Source: Candidatus Micrarchaeota archaeon
Lineage (GTDB): Archaea > Micrarchaeota > Micrarchaeia > Anstonellales > J096
DNA: 64,000 bases
Assembly: GCA_015522475.1 (NCBI GenBank)
Contig: WAMF01000001.1
Span: 36,054-100,053, forward strand
Direction of reading: 5' to 3'
Program-made: the position numbers and the translations under genes
In this document: positions 28,928-38,927 of the stretch, piece after piece
Layout of the letters: the number at the start of each line of letters is the position of its first letter
How positions within the stretch are numbered: the stretch's first letter is position 1
The notes under the pieces: generated by a model
Told to the model about the DNA's origin: nothing
Databases searched by the model: none
Seen by the model: only the letters and a program-made list of their open reading frames with translations

Positions 28928-29860
28928 ATGCTTGAATTATTCTTTCAAACACGGGCAGAGAATCCCAATGTCGTATGGCTGAGTGGCGCCGATATAGAGG
29001 GGATCGTACTCGTCAAAGAAGGAAAGCACTTCTACTTCTTAGCTGACAGGCTTACAGCCGGCTTCCTAGAAAGCAGAGGGCTCAAAGTAGAAGAGTTAAG
29101 CTTAAAGAGATTGGAAAGGTTCGTGAAGAGGGAGGATGTGGGCTTAGATATAGAACACGCATCCACAAAGGCTGCTGAATTTGTAAAAAAGCACGCAAAG
29201 CATGTCGTGAGCATAAGCGAGGTCTATGCCAAAAGGCGCGCCAAAAAACGACGCGAAGAGGTTAAGCGCATACAGAGGGCTGTTAGAATAGCTGAAGAGG
29301 CCTTGATAGAGGCTAAGGGCGAGACAGAAGAGGATTTTGCATTTTCTCTTCTCGAGGGGTTCGCTAAGAGAAAAGCTAGAGAGTCCTTCAAGCCCATAGT
29401 AGCAAGCAAAAAGAACAGCCGCTTTCCCCATTCAAGCCCGACAAGCGAGGAAATAGATGGTTTGTTACTCGTTGACAGAGGAGCAAGGTTTGAGCATTAC
29501 TGCTCTGATTTGACAGATGTGCTCTTCCTAAAAAAGAACAAACACGCAGAAGAGCTCTATGAAAAGCTGCAAGAAGCATTCTATGCCATCGTGGATGAGC
29601 TGCCAAGCTTGGAAACGGGCGAAGATGTGCATAAACACTATTTGCGTGTGTTTAAGCGGCTGAAGCTCAGGCCCATGCCCCATCTTATAGGCCATGGCGT
29701 AGGCATAGAAGTGCACGAGTTGCCAAGGTTAGCCCCTAAAAGCATGGACAAAATAGAAGGCACAACACTGGCCATAGAACCCGCTTATTATGGAAGGAGC
29801 TTTGGCCTGCGCTTTGAAAGAAATGTGTATGTAGGCGAGAGAAGAGCGCGCATTTTATAA
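28928..29860 (+). CDS. M24-family metallopeptidase (Xaa-Pro aminopeptidase-like)
   Basis: Pita-bread catalytic region HLIGHGVGIEVHELP and upstream D..D metal ligands (DRGARFEHYCSDLTD). Confidence 0.7.
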   Translation: MLELFFQTRAENPNVVWLSGADIEGIVLVKEGKHFYFLADRLTAGFLESRGLKVEELSLKRLERFVKREDVGLDIEHASTKAAEFVKKHAKHVVSISEVYAKRRAKKRREEVKRIQRAVRIAEEALIEAKGETEEDFAFSLLEGFAKRKARESFKPIVASKKNSRFPHSSPTSEEIDGLLLVDRGARFEHYCSDLTDVLFLKKNKHAEELYEKLQEAFYAIVDELPSLETGEDVHKHYLRVFKRLKLRPMPHLIGHGVGIEVHELPRLAPKSMDKIEGTTLAIEPAYYGRSFGLRFERNVYVGERRARIL

Positions 29861-30152
29861 CTTGGAAGTAATTTGTTGAAAGTAATTTGAACTCTGTTAG
29901 ATTTCGAGCTCTAATGACTTTTTAACCAATTTATTTATTGTCGGCTAAAAAGCATTAAAAAGACTTTTAGCCAAGAGTTTGTTGTGATGAGACACAGGTT
30001 TGCTGACGCCTCGCATATGCACGGGCAATGATGAATATCTGGAGCTCTGAAAGCTCAGATTTGATTCTGTTGAAGATGGATTAAATATTGAGGATGGTGA
30101 AGATGGACTTGAAGTAATTTACTCGAAGTAACTTGAAAGGCATGGTGAAAAG

Positions 30153-30695
30153 ATGAAGAAGATCACACTTTTAACAGGCCGGCGAGGTTCGGGAAAAACC
30201 ATATTTTTAGACATTGCCAAAAACCTAGGGTTTGGAACGTTAGAGCTGTCAACAGTCGTGTTCGAGCTCATGAAAAAAGCAAACATAGAAGCAACAAGCG
30301 AAAATACAGGTAAGTTTGCTGAGGAGCTGCGTAAAAAAGAAGGGCGCGACGCCGTGGCAAAAAGGGTCCTTCCATACATGGAAGGTCTTGGCAAAGACAT
30401 TGTTGTTTGTTCTGGCGTGAGAAGCCCAGAGGAGCTCATATTCTTTAGAAGCAAATACCCGACCATATTGATAGAAATAAGAAGTGACGAGAGGATCCGC
30501 TTTGAAAGAATTTTAAAACGCTCTCGTCCCTCTGACCCCAAAACATGGGAGGCCTTTTTAGCAAGAGAAGCGTCTGAAAAAAGGCTGGGTGTAGAAGACG
30601 TAATAAAAATGGCAGACATTGTAATAGAAAATAACGAAACCATAGAGGCCTTTGAAGAGAAAGTTGAGCGCTTCTTAAGGTTTATAAGGACATAA
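30153..30695 (+). CDS. P-loop nucleotide kinase (archaeal UPF0200/dephospho-CoA-kinase-like)
   Basis: LTGRRGSGKT Walker A; ~180 aa; general kinase-like layout. Confidence 0.5.
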   Translation: MKKITLLTGRRGSGKTIFLDIAKNLGFGTLELSTVVFELMKKANIEATSENTGKFAEELRKKEGRDAVAKRVLPYMEGLGKDIVVCSGVRSPEELIFFRSKYPTILIEIRSDERIRFERILKRSRPSDPKTWEAFLAREASEKRLGVEDVIKMADIVIENNETIEAFEEKVERFLRFIRT

Positions 30696-30742
30696 AAAGA
30701 GTATAAAAGCCCTTCAGCGGTGTCTTTAATTTAACCCTGTAG

Positions 30743-31843
30743 TTATCTATAGTTATTTTTGGCATGTTTTCGCGAGACAAGCAAAAATAGGAGAACAGAA
30801 CTCAGGCCTATGGATGCAATGGGTATATAAAAGGCTGCGTTGCCAAACATCTGAATGGCCCAGCCTAGAACTACATTGCCCGTTAAAGCGCCCAAACCCA
30901 TAGCTCCTTCCAACCAACCAAAAGCCCTCGCAGACGTGCCTACTATATCGCCGACAAGAGCCTTAAGGTTTGACTTGAATGACGCGTAGCCCAAAGCTAG
31001 AAAGACGAAGGCGTAGAGCAAAGCGGCATGCATAAAAAGCAGGGAAGCAAAAGCAAAGAAAAGCAAGGCCAGAGCCAAAACCTTCTCTTTTCCTATCTTA
31101 TCTGCTAGAATACCTGCTGGATAAACGGTCAAAACATATATGACGTTGTAAGCCACAAAAAGGAGCGCTCCCTCGACGGCAGTTTTAGCCAAGGAAATTG
31201 CAATTATAACGCCAAAGGCGCTGAAGTACATGAAGAACATAAAGGCCGTGGTAAGCCATTCCACGTCGACTGCTATGCACTTTGCCCTCTTCTCTGCAGA
31301 TGGGATAAGGTATATGGGAAGAGCTGCAGTAAGGCCCAAAAGACCCGCAAGTAGAGCTATAGTATTGAGAGGAAGATGTATAGCTAAGAGGTAAGCAGCT
31401 AACGCAGAACCTAAAAGAGCCCCGCCGGAATCCAAAACCTGTCTAATGGCAAAGCCCTCTCCTTTCCTCTTGGGCATCAAACCCGCAATCCACGTATCTC
31501 TCGAAGGGCCTCGGATACCCTTACCTATTCTATCAATGCTGACAGCTGTGAAAAGCCATGCTAGCGAAGAAGAAAAAGCGACACTCAGCTTGCCCAAACC
31601 CGAAAGCACATAGCTAAGGAGCGTCGTCCGTTTAGAACCAAGGCGCTCGCCCACATATCCACCAAAAAAGTTAACAAGAGGTGGAAGCGCTTCTTTTATA
31701 GCACTGATGACACCAACGAGAAATTCGCCCCCACCCAACATAAACACAAAGGCTGGAAGTAAGGGTGTCAACAGCTCTGTTCCAGCATCGTTGAAGAAGC
31801 TAGCAAGGCCCATCAGAGCGACATGCTTTTTTGCCTTCTCCAT
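30743..31843 (-). CDS. MFS transporter
   Basis: ~12 predicted TM helices; GxxxDRxGKR-like loop (IDRIGKGIRGPSRD) between TM2 and TM3. Confidence 0.7.
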   Translation of the reverse strand: MEKAKKHVALMGLASFFNDAGTELLTPLLPAFVFMLGGGEFLVGVISAIKEALPPLVNFFGGYVGERLGSKRTTLLSYVLSGLGKLSVAFSSSLAWLFTAVSIDRIGKGIRGPSRDTWIAGLMPKRKGEGFAIRQVLDSGGALLGSALAAYLLAIHLPLNTIALLAGLLGLTAALPIYLIPSAEKRAKCIAVDVEWLTTAFMFFMYFSAFGVIIAISLAKTAVEGALLFVAYNVIYVLTVYPAGILADKIGKEKVLALALLFFAFASLLFMHAALLYAFVFLALGYASFKSNLKALVGDIVGTSARAFGWLEGAMGLGALTGNVVLGWAIQMFGNAAFYIPIASIGLSSVLLFLLVSRKHAKNNYR

Positions 31844-31964
31844 ATTATCACAACCAACCTCTACTCATCTTGTGATTGTGCTTGATCGTATGTTGTGCTT
31901 GTAATTGCAATTTAACGATTAACAGATGAATCCTTTGAATTCTTAAAGTGTCCCTTAAAACTCT

Positions 31965-33227
31965 TTATAATGGTAACCATTCTATCTCATAGTAAAGCGT
32001 CGAGCTACTTTCTAAGATGATTCTACGAGCTATGTAGAAAGTTATGGCCGTTTCTCTATCTACAATAGCTAGCATGACATTCAATCCCTTGGCTAAAGCC
32101 CACTTAAACAAGCCATGAAGAAGCCTACCCGTTATTCCGTCTGACTGCCTAAGCACTTTAACAGCAAAACGCTCAATTTTGGGGTTGTGTTGTTGAACAA
32201 GCTGCTTGCTGAGCTTATCTTTGCTCTCTTGGCTGTTGCCTTTCCCTTTGCCCGCAATGCTTACAACAAAATCTGGTTTGACAGCTCTAGCCTCAAAGAG
32301 AGGAAGTGCTAATATGTATGTTTTTCTAACACTGTGACAAACCCGTATAGAACGACTCCAATCCTCTACGCGCGTCCGGAATGAGGCAGGAAAGACATGA
32401 AGTATGTGCTTCGAATGGATACGCTGGCCGGGCTTTGTTGATGCAGGATAGATTCTAAAATCACCACCAAACTTAAACCCGCTTTTGAGAACGAAGCCCG
32501 CATCCCGCCATTCTTTGTATACAGAGTAAAGTGCTTTCTCGTATGCAGAAAGTGCAAGTGCTGCTTCTTTTTTCTTCTTGCCTTTGTTCTTACCATGCTT
32601 GCCATCAAAGGATAAAATGCCTTTCTCAGCAAGGTACTGTGCCTCATACTTGTCAATAAAAAACATCCGACCCTTGTTCTGTTTATATATGCCTTTTTGG
32701 CCGAACCAATACTCTGTGTAAAGAGATGATGAACCATCTATCTGATAGAGAAAACCGTCAAAGCCTTGAATGTGTGCCTTCTCCTCTTTTAGTCCTCTCA
32801 CGTTCCATCGCGCTTTCTTGTATTCCTTCACGGGCTTAGCTTTTCCCTCAGCTTCATCCACGCTGCCAACAAACGTAAAGCCCCTTTCATGCAAGTAGCG
32901 CCATGTGATGTATTTAGCGTAGTCCACATGCGACGAGAGAAAAAGTTTTGACGCACTTTCATTTGCGAGCTCAACGCCAAGTATATCATAGAGATAAATA
33001 GCTGCATAAGGAGAAAGTTTTGCTCGCTGAGCTTTTCTCTTGGCTTTCTCTACAGACTCGTTGTTTCTGTCCTTGAGTTTAAGAGAGCTGGCAAGACCGC
33101 GTGCTATAAGCCTCGATACCTCCGCTTCCTCTCCTTCATAGAACCACTCCACTTTCTCCCTAGCTTTCGCGTTCTTTGCTGTTGCAGCTTTGCTCAGCTC
33201 ACCAACAATTTTACCCTTTAACCTCAT
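31965..33227 (-). CDS. endA: tRNA-splicing endonuclease, three-unit (epsilon-like) form
   Basis: Central unit matches the EndA catalytic domain (AGFVLKSGFKFGGDFRIYP...HSKHILHVFP...IRVCHSVRKTYILAL; compare M. jannaschii RGYIVKTGLKYGADFRLYE...HSVYLVKVFP...VRVAHSVRKKLLIAI). A second degenerate EndA-like unit lies at the C-terminus (NVMLAIVDRETAITFYIARRI), plus an N-terminal extra unit. 420 aa. Confidence 0.75.
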   Translation of the reverse strand: MRLKGKIVGELSKAATAKNAKAREKVEWFYEGEEAEVSRLIARGLASSLKLKDRNNESVEKAKRKAQRAKLSPYAAIYLYDILGVELANESASKLFLSSHVDYAKYITWRYLHERGFTFVGSVDEAEGKAKPVKEYKKARWNVRGLKEEKAHIQGFDGFLYQIDGSSSLYTEYWFGQKGIYKQNKGRMFFIDKYEAQYLAEKGILSFDGKHGKNKGKKKKEAALALSAYEKALYSVYKEWRDAGFVLKSGFKFGGDFRIYPASTKPGQRIHSKHILHVFPASFRTRVEDWSRSIRVCHSVRKTYILALPLFEARAVKPDFVVSIAGKGKGNSQESKDKLSKQLVQQHNPKIERFAVKVLRQSDGITGRLLHGLFKWALAKGLNVMLAIVDRETAITFYIARRIILESSSTLYYEIEWLPL

Positions 33228-33856
33228 GCAAGACCCTCTTTTCCTTCCTTCTGGCCATTGCCCATTTGGGCGCTCTTCTGGCCGAATACAAGATAGGCTG
33301 TATGGAAAAGCTGCATGTTCTTGGGGCGTGTGGCTCCCTCTTTAATCCTGTATTCTATGAGAGGCAAGGAAATGACAAACACGTGGTTAAAGAGAATGGT
33401 CATAGCCTCATAGAGGCGCTTAACCTGCTCTATGTTTGGTAAATAGGCTACGAAATAGCCCCCTGAGTTCAACCGCTCATAGGCGCGTTCGACGAGTTCC
33501 TCGGGCGCTGGAATATCCACGACGATTGCATCCAAGGAGTCTTCGTCGAAGTCCCGACCATCCCCATTCTTTATAACGACGTTGTCTAGTTTTGCCTTCT
33601 TTATGTTTGCCGAGAGAATTTTATAGGCATCTGCCCTAATTTCGTACGCATAAACCTCCTTAGCAACTCTTGCCAAATGATAAGTAAGAAAGCCGTTGCC
33701 TGCGCCTATTTCGACCACGCGCGACGTCTTGCCGATGTTTGCATAGGCAATGATAGCGCCTGCATCCTTTGGTAGAACAACAGCCATGCGTCGTTTGAAT
33801 GAGGCCAATGGCTTAGGCATGTGAAACACTTCTACAGCTTTCTTCTCACCTTTCAT
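33224..33856 (-). CDS. SAM-dependent methyltransferase, TrmI (tRNA m1A58)-like
   Basis: VVEIGAGNGFLTYHLA motif I, acidic motif II (YAYEIR), NVVIKNGD and VVDIP motifs; 210 aa. Confidence 0.5.
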   Translation of the reverse strand: MKGEKKAVEVFHMPKPLASFKRRMAVVLPKDAGAIIAYANIGKTSRVVEIGAGNGFLTYHLARVAKEVYAYEIRADAYKILSANIKKAKLDNVVIKNGDGRDFDEDSLDAIVVDIPAPEELVERAYERLNSGGYFVAYLPNIEQVKRLYEAMTILFNHVFVISLPLIEYRIKEGATRPKNMQLFHTAYLVFGQKSAQMGNGQKEGKEGLA

Positions 33857-33967
33857 AAAACCACTCCGTCTTTTCCTTTTAGCCCCTCTCCACTCTTTCC
33901 TCTACTCTTTCCTCCACTTTTTCAAACCATCCCTACATCCATTGCTTTGCTGCCCTCTCCTTACCTG

Positions 33968-36640
33968 CTATTTCCTCTCGCCGTACTCTTGCATAAAGCG
34001 GTGGTAAACCTCTAAAAGATCGGGCGTTATAGATGAGCGCCTCCCCGCTAGTATCTCGTCGATCTCTGCTTGGTTGAGCTTAACAGGCTTGCCCTCCATA
34101 GCCTTGTTCATAAGCTTGAGCTTCAGCTCTTCGCATATGCCCGTTATATCTGCCCCGCTGAATCCATCTGTCTTCTCAGCCAAATAGTCTAAATCAAAGA
34201 GAGAAGCGAACTTGCCCAAGTGTATTTTGAATATGGCTTTCCTAACATCTTCGTCGGGCGGTGGCACATATATGATTTTATCAAAACGGCCCGGCCTGAG
34301 TAAAGCGGGGTCTAAAAGTTGTGGTAAGTTCGTAGCGCCTATAACGACGACGTCTTTAAGGCTTTTAACGCCGTCCATTTCCTGCAGGAGCTGTCCCATA
34401 AGAGGATTGCTTGTGCCTTCTCTAGCGGGCGCTACTGTCTCGATCTCGTCTATAAATATGATGGCTGGTGAATTGTCCTTAGCTCTATTAAACGCTTTTT
34501 TCAATATCTCGGGAGCCCTTACGTAGCCCTCCTTCAAAAGGTCAGCGCCGCTCAAGAAGATCATGGGAATACCAAACTCGCCGGCTGCAGCTTTAGCCAC
34601 GTAAGTCTTACCCGTGCCCGGCGGCCCAAACAGCAAGACGCCGTTCGGCGGCTTTATATGGAACTTCTTCAAGAGCTCTTTATGCTTCATGGGCAGCTCT
34701 ATAGCCTCTTTCAGCGCTTTCTTCACGTCTTCCAAATCGGCTACATCTTTGAACGTAATGACTTGTTCCTCCTCTGGCTTTCTCTCCACCTTTATGGAGC
34801 GGCGCTCGAATTCCATTTTGAATTTCTCATAATCCTCAAGTTGTGACTCCGACGTCGAGGGCTTTGTATTCTTTATAACTTCTACAACATCCTCCATAGT
34901 CACAGGTTCGATCGTCCCTTTAAGCAGAGCATTTTCGGCGGCCTTTCTTTTGGCTTCTGTCACGACGTTGGCTATATCTGCTGGTGAGAAGCGCTCCGTC
35001 ATTTCAGCCAGCTTTTTATAGTCGATGTCTTTGGCTGTAGGCAGCTTTTTCAAGTAGTAGCGGAAGATAAGTTCTCTGCCTTTCTCGTCCGGTAGGCCCA
35101 TGTATATGATTTTATCAATACGGCCCGGCCTAAGAAGCGCCTTGTCTATGAGCTCAGGCACGTTTGTGGCAGCTACGAATATGATAGGCTTTTTACTCAC
35201 AACACCGTCAAGTTCTTGTAGAAGCGTATTCAAAACACGAGGCGTAATCTCATCTAAGCCCCCGCTTTGTCTTGTCTTGGCTATGGCATCAATCTCGTCG
35301 AAAAAGAGGATAATGGGGGCCTTTTTGCGGGCTAAATCAAAAATCTTTGACACGTTCTTTTCGCTTTCGCCGTAGTAGGGGCTCAAAAGGTCTGAGGTGC
35401 GTATATAGAGAAAGGGATAGCGGAGCTCCTTGGCTAAAGCCCTCATAAGATACGTCTTACCCGTGCCCGGCGGCCCGAAGAGGAGAATGCCTTTTGGCGG
35501 CTTAAGACCGTATTCGTAGGCTATCTCCGGCTTCTCTATGGGCGTCTTAATGGCCATGATAAGCTCCTTTTTTACGTCTTCATAGTCAGCAACATCTTCT
35601 AAGCCGCGCACATTGCTCTCGACAGATAAATCTTCAGCGCCAAAGATACCAAAGTCCTTAAGCTCGCGCTTGTGCCTCTCTTCCATCTCCCTACTGAAGC
35701 GAACGCCCTGCCGGTTCATAAGATAAAAAATGCCTATATCAACGAGTGTATAAACGGCCATCCCTATAGGAAAGGGCAGACCCATCATAGCATACATGCC
35801 ATAGTAAAAGAGCGGCACAGTAAGAAGGGCCAAAGATGCCTCAAGCTCGCCCCTAGCTCCTTTAACCATGCCTGTATAAAAAGCAGCGAAGTAGAGGAGA
35901 GCGGTCCAAAAGATAGCTTGTATAAGACCGCCGTCTTCGAGCAGATTGACAACTATGTTATTAACAACCATGCCAGCAACAGACGAGAATTCCATAAGGT
36001 TGTTTACGTCGAACATATTGTTCAAAGCTTGCGGGATAGCCCTGTTGAAAAAGCCAGCTAATGAAGGAACATCTGGTCTAAGGAGAGACTCATGAAACGT
36101 ATAAAGATCAAGGCGCAGAGGAAAATAAGCTGAATTGGGGACCTGCCACATCGTTGACAGTAAGAGCACAATAAGAACAGAAGGCACAGCTAGAGAAGCA
36201 CTTTTAAACGAGCCCAAATAAAGGGCTGAAATGAACATGACAAGATAGACTAAGCCTCCCAAATAATAAAAGACGGAGACGCCAAAAGGTAAAAATATAA
36301 TGATGTGAAGAAGGGCAATCTCGAGCCAATTATCCCAGACCTTAAACATGATTATAGAGAGTGCTAGCAAGTAAATGTAACCAAATACTGTGCTCTGATA
36401 CATAGCAGGCAATAAATTCATCCAAGCCAGAAGGAGAACACCAAATTCTGGCTTTTTTGCATAGGCAAGCCAAGCGGGCAAGAGAGCGGCGAAAGGCACG
36501 ACGACGAGAGGAAAAAAAGGCATAGCTGCAAAGGAGGCAAGCGCAGCTAGGTAAACGAAGAGTGCATGCATGAACTTCTCGTTAGAAGTGAGCACATAAG
36601 CATAGGCTTTAAGCTTAACAGAGTCAATATGCATACCCAT
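33968..36640 (-). CDS. polytopic membrane-anchored tandem AAA+ ATPase (CDC48-like D1-D2)
   Basis: N-terminal ~320 aa with ~8-9 hydrophobic helices; two complete AAA modules (LLFGPPGTGKTYL...FFDEID; VLLFGPPGTGKTYV...IFIDEIE) with second-region-of-homology arginines; no protease domain. Confidence 0.75.
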   Translation of the reverse strand: MGMHIDSVKLKAYAYVLTSNEKFMHALFVYLAALASFAAMPFFPLVVVPFAALLPAWLAYAKKPEFGVLLLAWMNLLPAMYQSTVFGYIYLLALSIIMFKVWDNWLEIALLHIIIFLPFGVSVFYYLGGLVYLVMFISALYLGSFKSASLAVPSVLIVLLLSTMWQVPNSAYFPLRLDLYTFHESLLRPDVPSLAGFFNRAIPQALNNMFDVNNLMEFSSVAGMVVNNIVVNLLEDGGLIQAIFWTALLYFAAFYTGMVKGARGELEASLALLTVPLFYYGMYAMMGLPFPIGMAVYTLVDIGIFYLMNRQGVRFSREMEERHKRELKDFGIFGAEDLSVESNVRGLEDVADYEDVKKELIMAIKTPIEKPEIAYEYGLKPPKGILLFGPPGTGKTYLMRALAKELRYPFLYIRTSDLLSPYYGESEKNVSKIFDLARKKAPIILFFDEIDAIAKTRQSGGLDEITPRVLNTLLQELDGVVSKKPIIFVAATNVPELIDKALLRPGRIDKIIYMGLPDEKGRELIFRYYLKKLPTAKDIDYKKLAEMTERFSPADIANVVTEAKRKAAENALLKGTIEPVTMEDVVEVIKNTKPSTSESQLEDYEKFKMEFERRSIKVERKPEEEQVITFKDVADLEDVKKALKEAIELPMKHKELLKKFHIKPPNGVLLFGPPGTGKTYVAKAAAGEFGIPMIFLSGADLLKEGYVRAPEILKKAFNRAKDNSPAIIFIDEIETVAPAREGTSNPLMGQLLQEMDGVKSLKDVVVIGATNLPQLLDPALLRPGRFDKIIYVPPPDEDVRKAIFKIHLGKFASLFDLDYLAEKTDGFSGADITGICEELKLKLMNKAMEGKPVKLNQAEIDEILAGRRSSITPDLLEVYHRFMQEYGERK

Positions 36641-36697
36641 TGCCCATGTGTTAACGGGAAAGCTTTAAAACTCTATAGCTGTAAAAGGCCTAAGCTT

Positions 36698-37999
36698 ATG
36701 AAGAGGCTACTTTTAAATTTGGACAAGATTGAAAAGGAGAGCAAAGCTAAGGCCGAACCGCCTTGGCTCATGAAAAAACGCCTGGAAGCAGCTGAGCGCT
36801 TCAACGAGGCAGAGCTAGACAATAAATTTTTTGCCCTTGGCATACATAAAGCGAGGCTGCAGGAAAAGGAAAAAAAGGCTGTAACTCCAGAAAAGCTGCC
36901 CAAAGATGTGGAAGAAACACTTAAAGCCTTAAACATAGGTGAGGAGGAGTGGAAAGTTTTAGCAGGCCTTAATACACAAGTAGACAACACTTCCATATAC
37001 AATCAGTTGAAGGCGGTCATAGAAGAGAAAGGTGTCATATTCACAAGCATGGAAGAAGCTGTAAGAAAGCACGAACACTTGATTAGGCCATATCTTTACC
37101 GTCTGACATTTGCTGAGACACCTTACGCAGCCCTAAACAGCGCGTTGTGGAAGGGGGGCATCTTTGTATACATACCAAAGGATCTGAAATTGCCGTACAC
37201 TCTTCAAGCCTTCTTCGTCATAAGCAGCGCTTACACTAGTCAAACAGAGCGCACGCTCATCATAGTTGACGAGGACGCGGCTGCCACATACATAGAGGGA
37301 TGTGCCGCCCCTGTATACAGAAACTTTGCCTTCCATCTACCAGCAAGCGAAGTGTTCATCAACAAAGGAGCAGAGCTCACATACATAACGCTGCAAAATT
37401 GGAGTAAAAACATACGCAACGTCGTCACAGGCAAAGCCCTAGTTAAAGACAATGCCACCATACATTGGATGGACGCCAACGTAGGTAGCGAGATAACAAA
37501 AAAAGCTCCTCTAACTATATTGAAAGGCGACGGGGCTAAGATGACCAGCTACTCCCTGGCCTTTGCGTCCAAAGAGCAGCGCATAAGCCTAGGCACACGC
37601 GTAGTGGTTAAAGGCAAAGAGGCGAGCGCCCACATAAAAAGTAAATCTATTTTAGACGGCGGCGTAGCCAATTTCGACACAGACATAACAGTAGAAAAAA
37701 ACGCCGCTCTCTCAACTGTGTTTAGCGAGTGTGACACGCACATATTAAGCGACGGCAGCTCAGAGAGCACGCCCAATATAGAAAACCTCTGCTCTTCTGC
37801 CCGTGTAAGCCACGAGGCAAGTGTAGGTCGATTCGACGAGGAAAAAGTTGCATATCTCCGCATGCGCGGTTTTGAAGAGGAAAGGGCAAAAGAACTCATG
37901 GTTATAGGCAGTGTCCAAGACTTCCTCAAAAAAATTCCCTTTGAGTATGCTGTGGAATTTAGGAAAATGTTGGAGTTAAAAGTGAAAGGCATAGGGTAG
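36698..37999 (+). CDS. sufB: Fe-S cluster assembly protein SufB/SufD family
   Basis: C-terminal beta-helix SufBD signature (ILKGDGAKMTSYSLAF...HEASVGRFDEEKVAYLRMRGFEEERAKELMV). Start moved to Met at 36698 to avoid overlap with the divergent AAA gene. Confidence 0.75.
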   Translation: MKRLLLNLDKIEKESKAKAEPPWLMKKRLEAAERFNEAELDNKFFALGIHKARLQEKEKKAVTPEKLPKDVEETLKALNIGEEEWKVLAGLNTQVDNTSIYNQLKAVIEEKGVIFTSMEEAVRKHEHLIRPYLYRLTFAETPYAALNSALWKGGIFVYIPKDLKLPYTLQAFFVISSAYTSQTERTLIIVDEDAAATYIEGCAAPVYRNFAFHLPASEVFINKGAELTYITLQNWSKNIRNVVTGKALVKDNATIHWMDANVGSEITKKAPLTILKGDGAKMTSYSLAFASKEQRISLGTRVVVKGKEASAHIKSKSILDGGVANFDTDITVEKNAALSTVFSECDTHILSDGSSESTPNIENLCSSARVSHEASVGRFDEEKVAYLRMRGFEEERAKELMVIGSVQDFLKKIPFEYAVEFRKMLELKVKGIG

Positions 38000-38228
38000 T
38001 GAAAAGACAAAGAGAAGGAGGAATTCTATTAAGCTCTATTAGGCCCATCTAAGCACGTTGACATCTAGCTCTAGCTTAACCTCAGATGCTAAAATAATGA
38101 GGCCGACCAGAAATTACTCAAAAAAGATAACAAATGAAAAAATATGAGGCTAACAGTAGGTCTAGGTCTTAATCACGCAAGCCCCTTTTTATCCCCTTTT
38201 TTCTTTTCATTCCCTTTATTCGGCCCAT

Positions 38229-38807
38229 CTAATGCTTCTTGGCAAAGGGCTTTAGGACTTTGGCCGTTTTCTCTATAGCTCTCTCGATGTCCTTCCTAGC
38301 TTTAGCACCAGCTATGATGAGCTTGCCGTTCTTAAAGATGAGTATGGAGACTTTGGGTTCTCTCAACTTGAGTATAGCGCCGGGAAACTGCTCGGGCTCG
38401 TATTCGATGTTTTCATTAACCTGCAGCACAACCTTGAACAAATCCATCTCTATGTTTAAGTCAGCTGAGGCAACGATGTTTGTCACCTCATAATCAAGTT
38501 TTTTAGGGTTCATTTTTTTCAAGATCTTGGATGCAACGGGGCTGAGGAGCTCATAGGCTTTAATAATGGCTGTTTCAATGGTCTTCCTGTCTTTGCAGCC
38601 AACTATGACAATTTTGCCATTTTTGAATACAAGAAGCGTAGCTTTTGGCTGATTAAATTTGAGTATAGCGCCGGGAAACTGCTCGGGTTCGTATTCGATG
38701 TTTGTGAATTTAAGAGGTAACTTATAGAGGTCAAGCTCCAAACCCAGATTGCCGGCTGCTACGACGTTGGTTATCTTGTATTTAAAGTTCGCCATACATA
38801 CCACCAT
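38229..38807 (-). CDS. tbp: TATA-box-binding protein
   Basis: Two direct repeats (NVVAAGNLG..., NIVASADLN...) each with IEYEPEQFPGAILK; 192 aa. Confidence 0.9.
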   Translation of the reverse strand: MVVCMANFKYKITNVVAAGNLGLELDLYKLPLKFTNIEYEPEQFPGAILKFNQPKATLLVFKNGKIVIVGCKDRKTIETAIIKAYELLSPVASKILKKMNPKKLDYEVTNIVASADLNIEMDLFKVVLQVNENIEYEPEQFPGAILKLREPKVSILIFKNGKLIIAGAKARKDIERAIEKTAKVLKPFAKKH

Positions 38808-38927
38808 TTTTAAACTTTTCTACTTTATAGGGGAGGCATAAGCTTTAAAAAGGCCACTCTGTCCAGTTCCCGCGCCTCAAGTGCCATTTTTAAACATGTT
38901 GGCCAAAAAGATGGGAGAGGTGAAATT

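Noticed and set aside
36566-36697. Upstream extension of the SufB/D ORF
   Set aside because: It would overlap the start of the divergent AAA ATPase gene by ~75 nt. The internal Met at 36698 (MKRLLLNL) gives a normal divergent arrangement.
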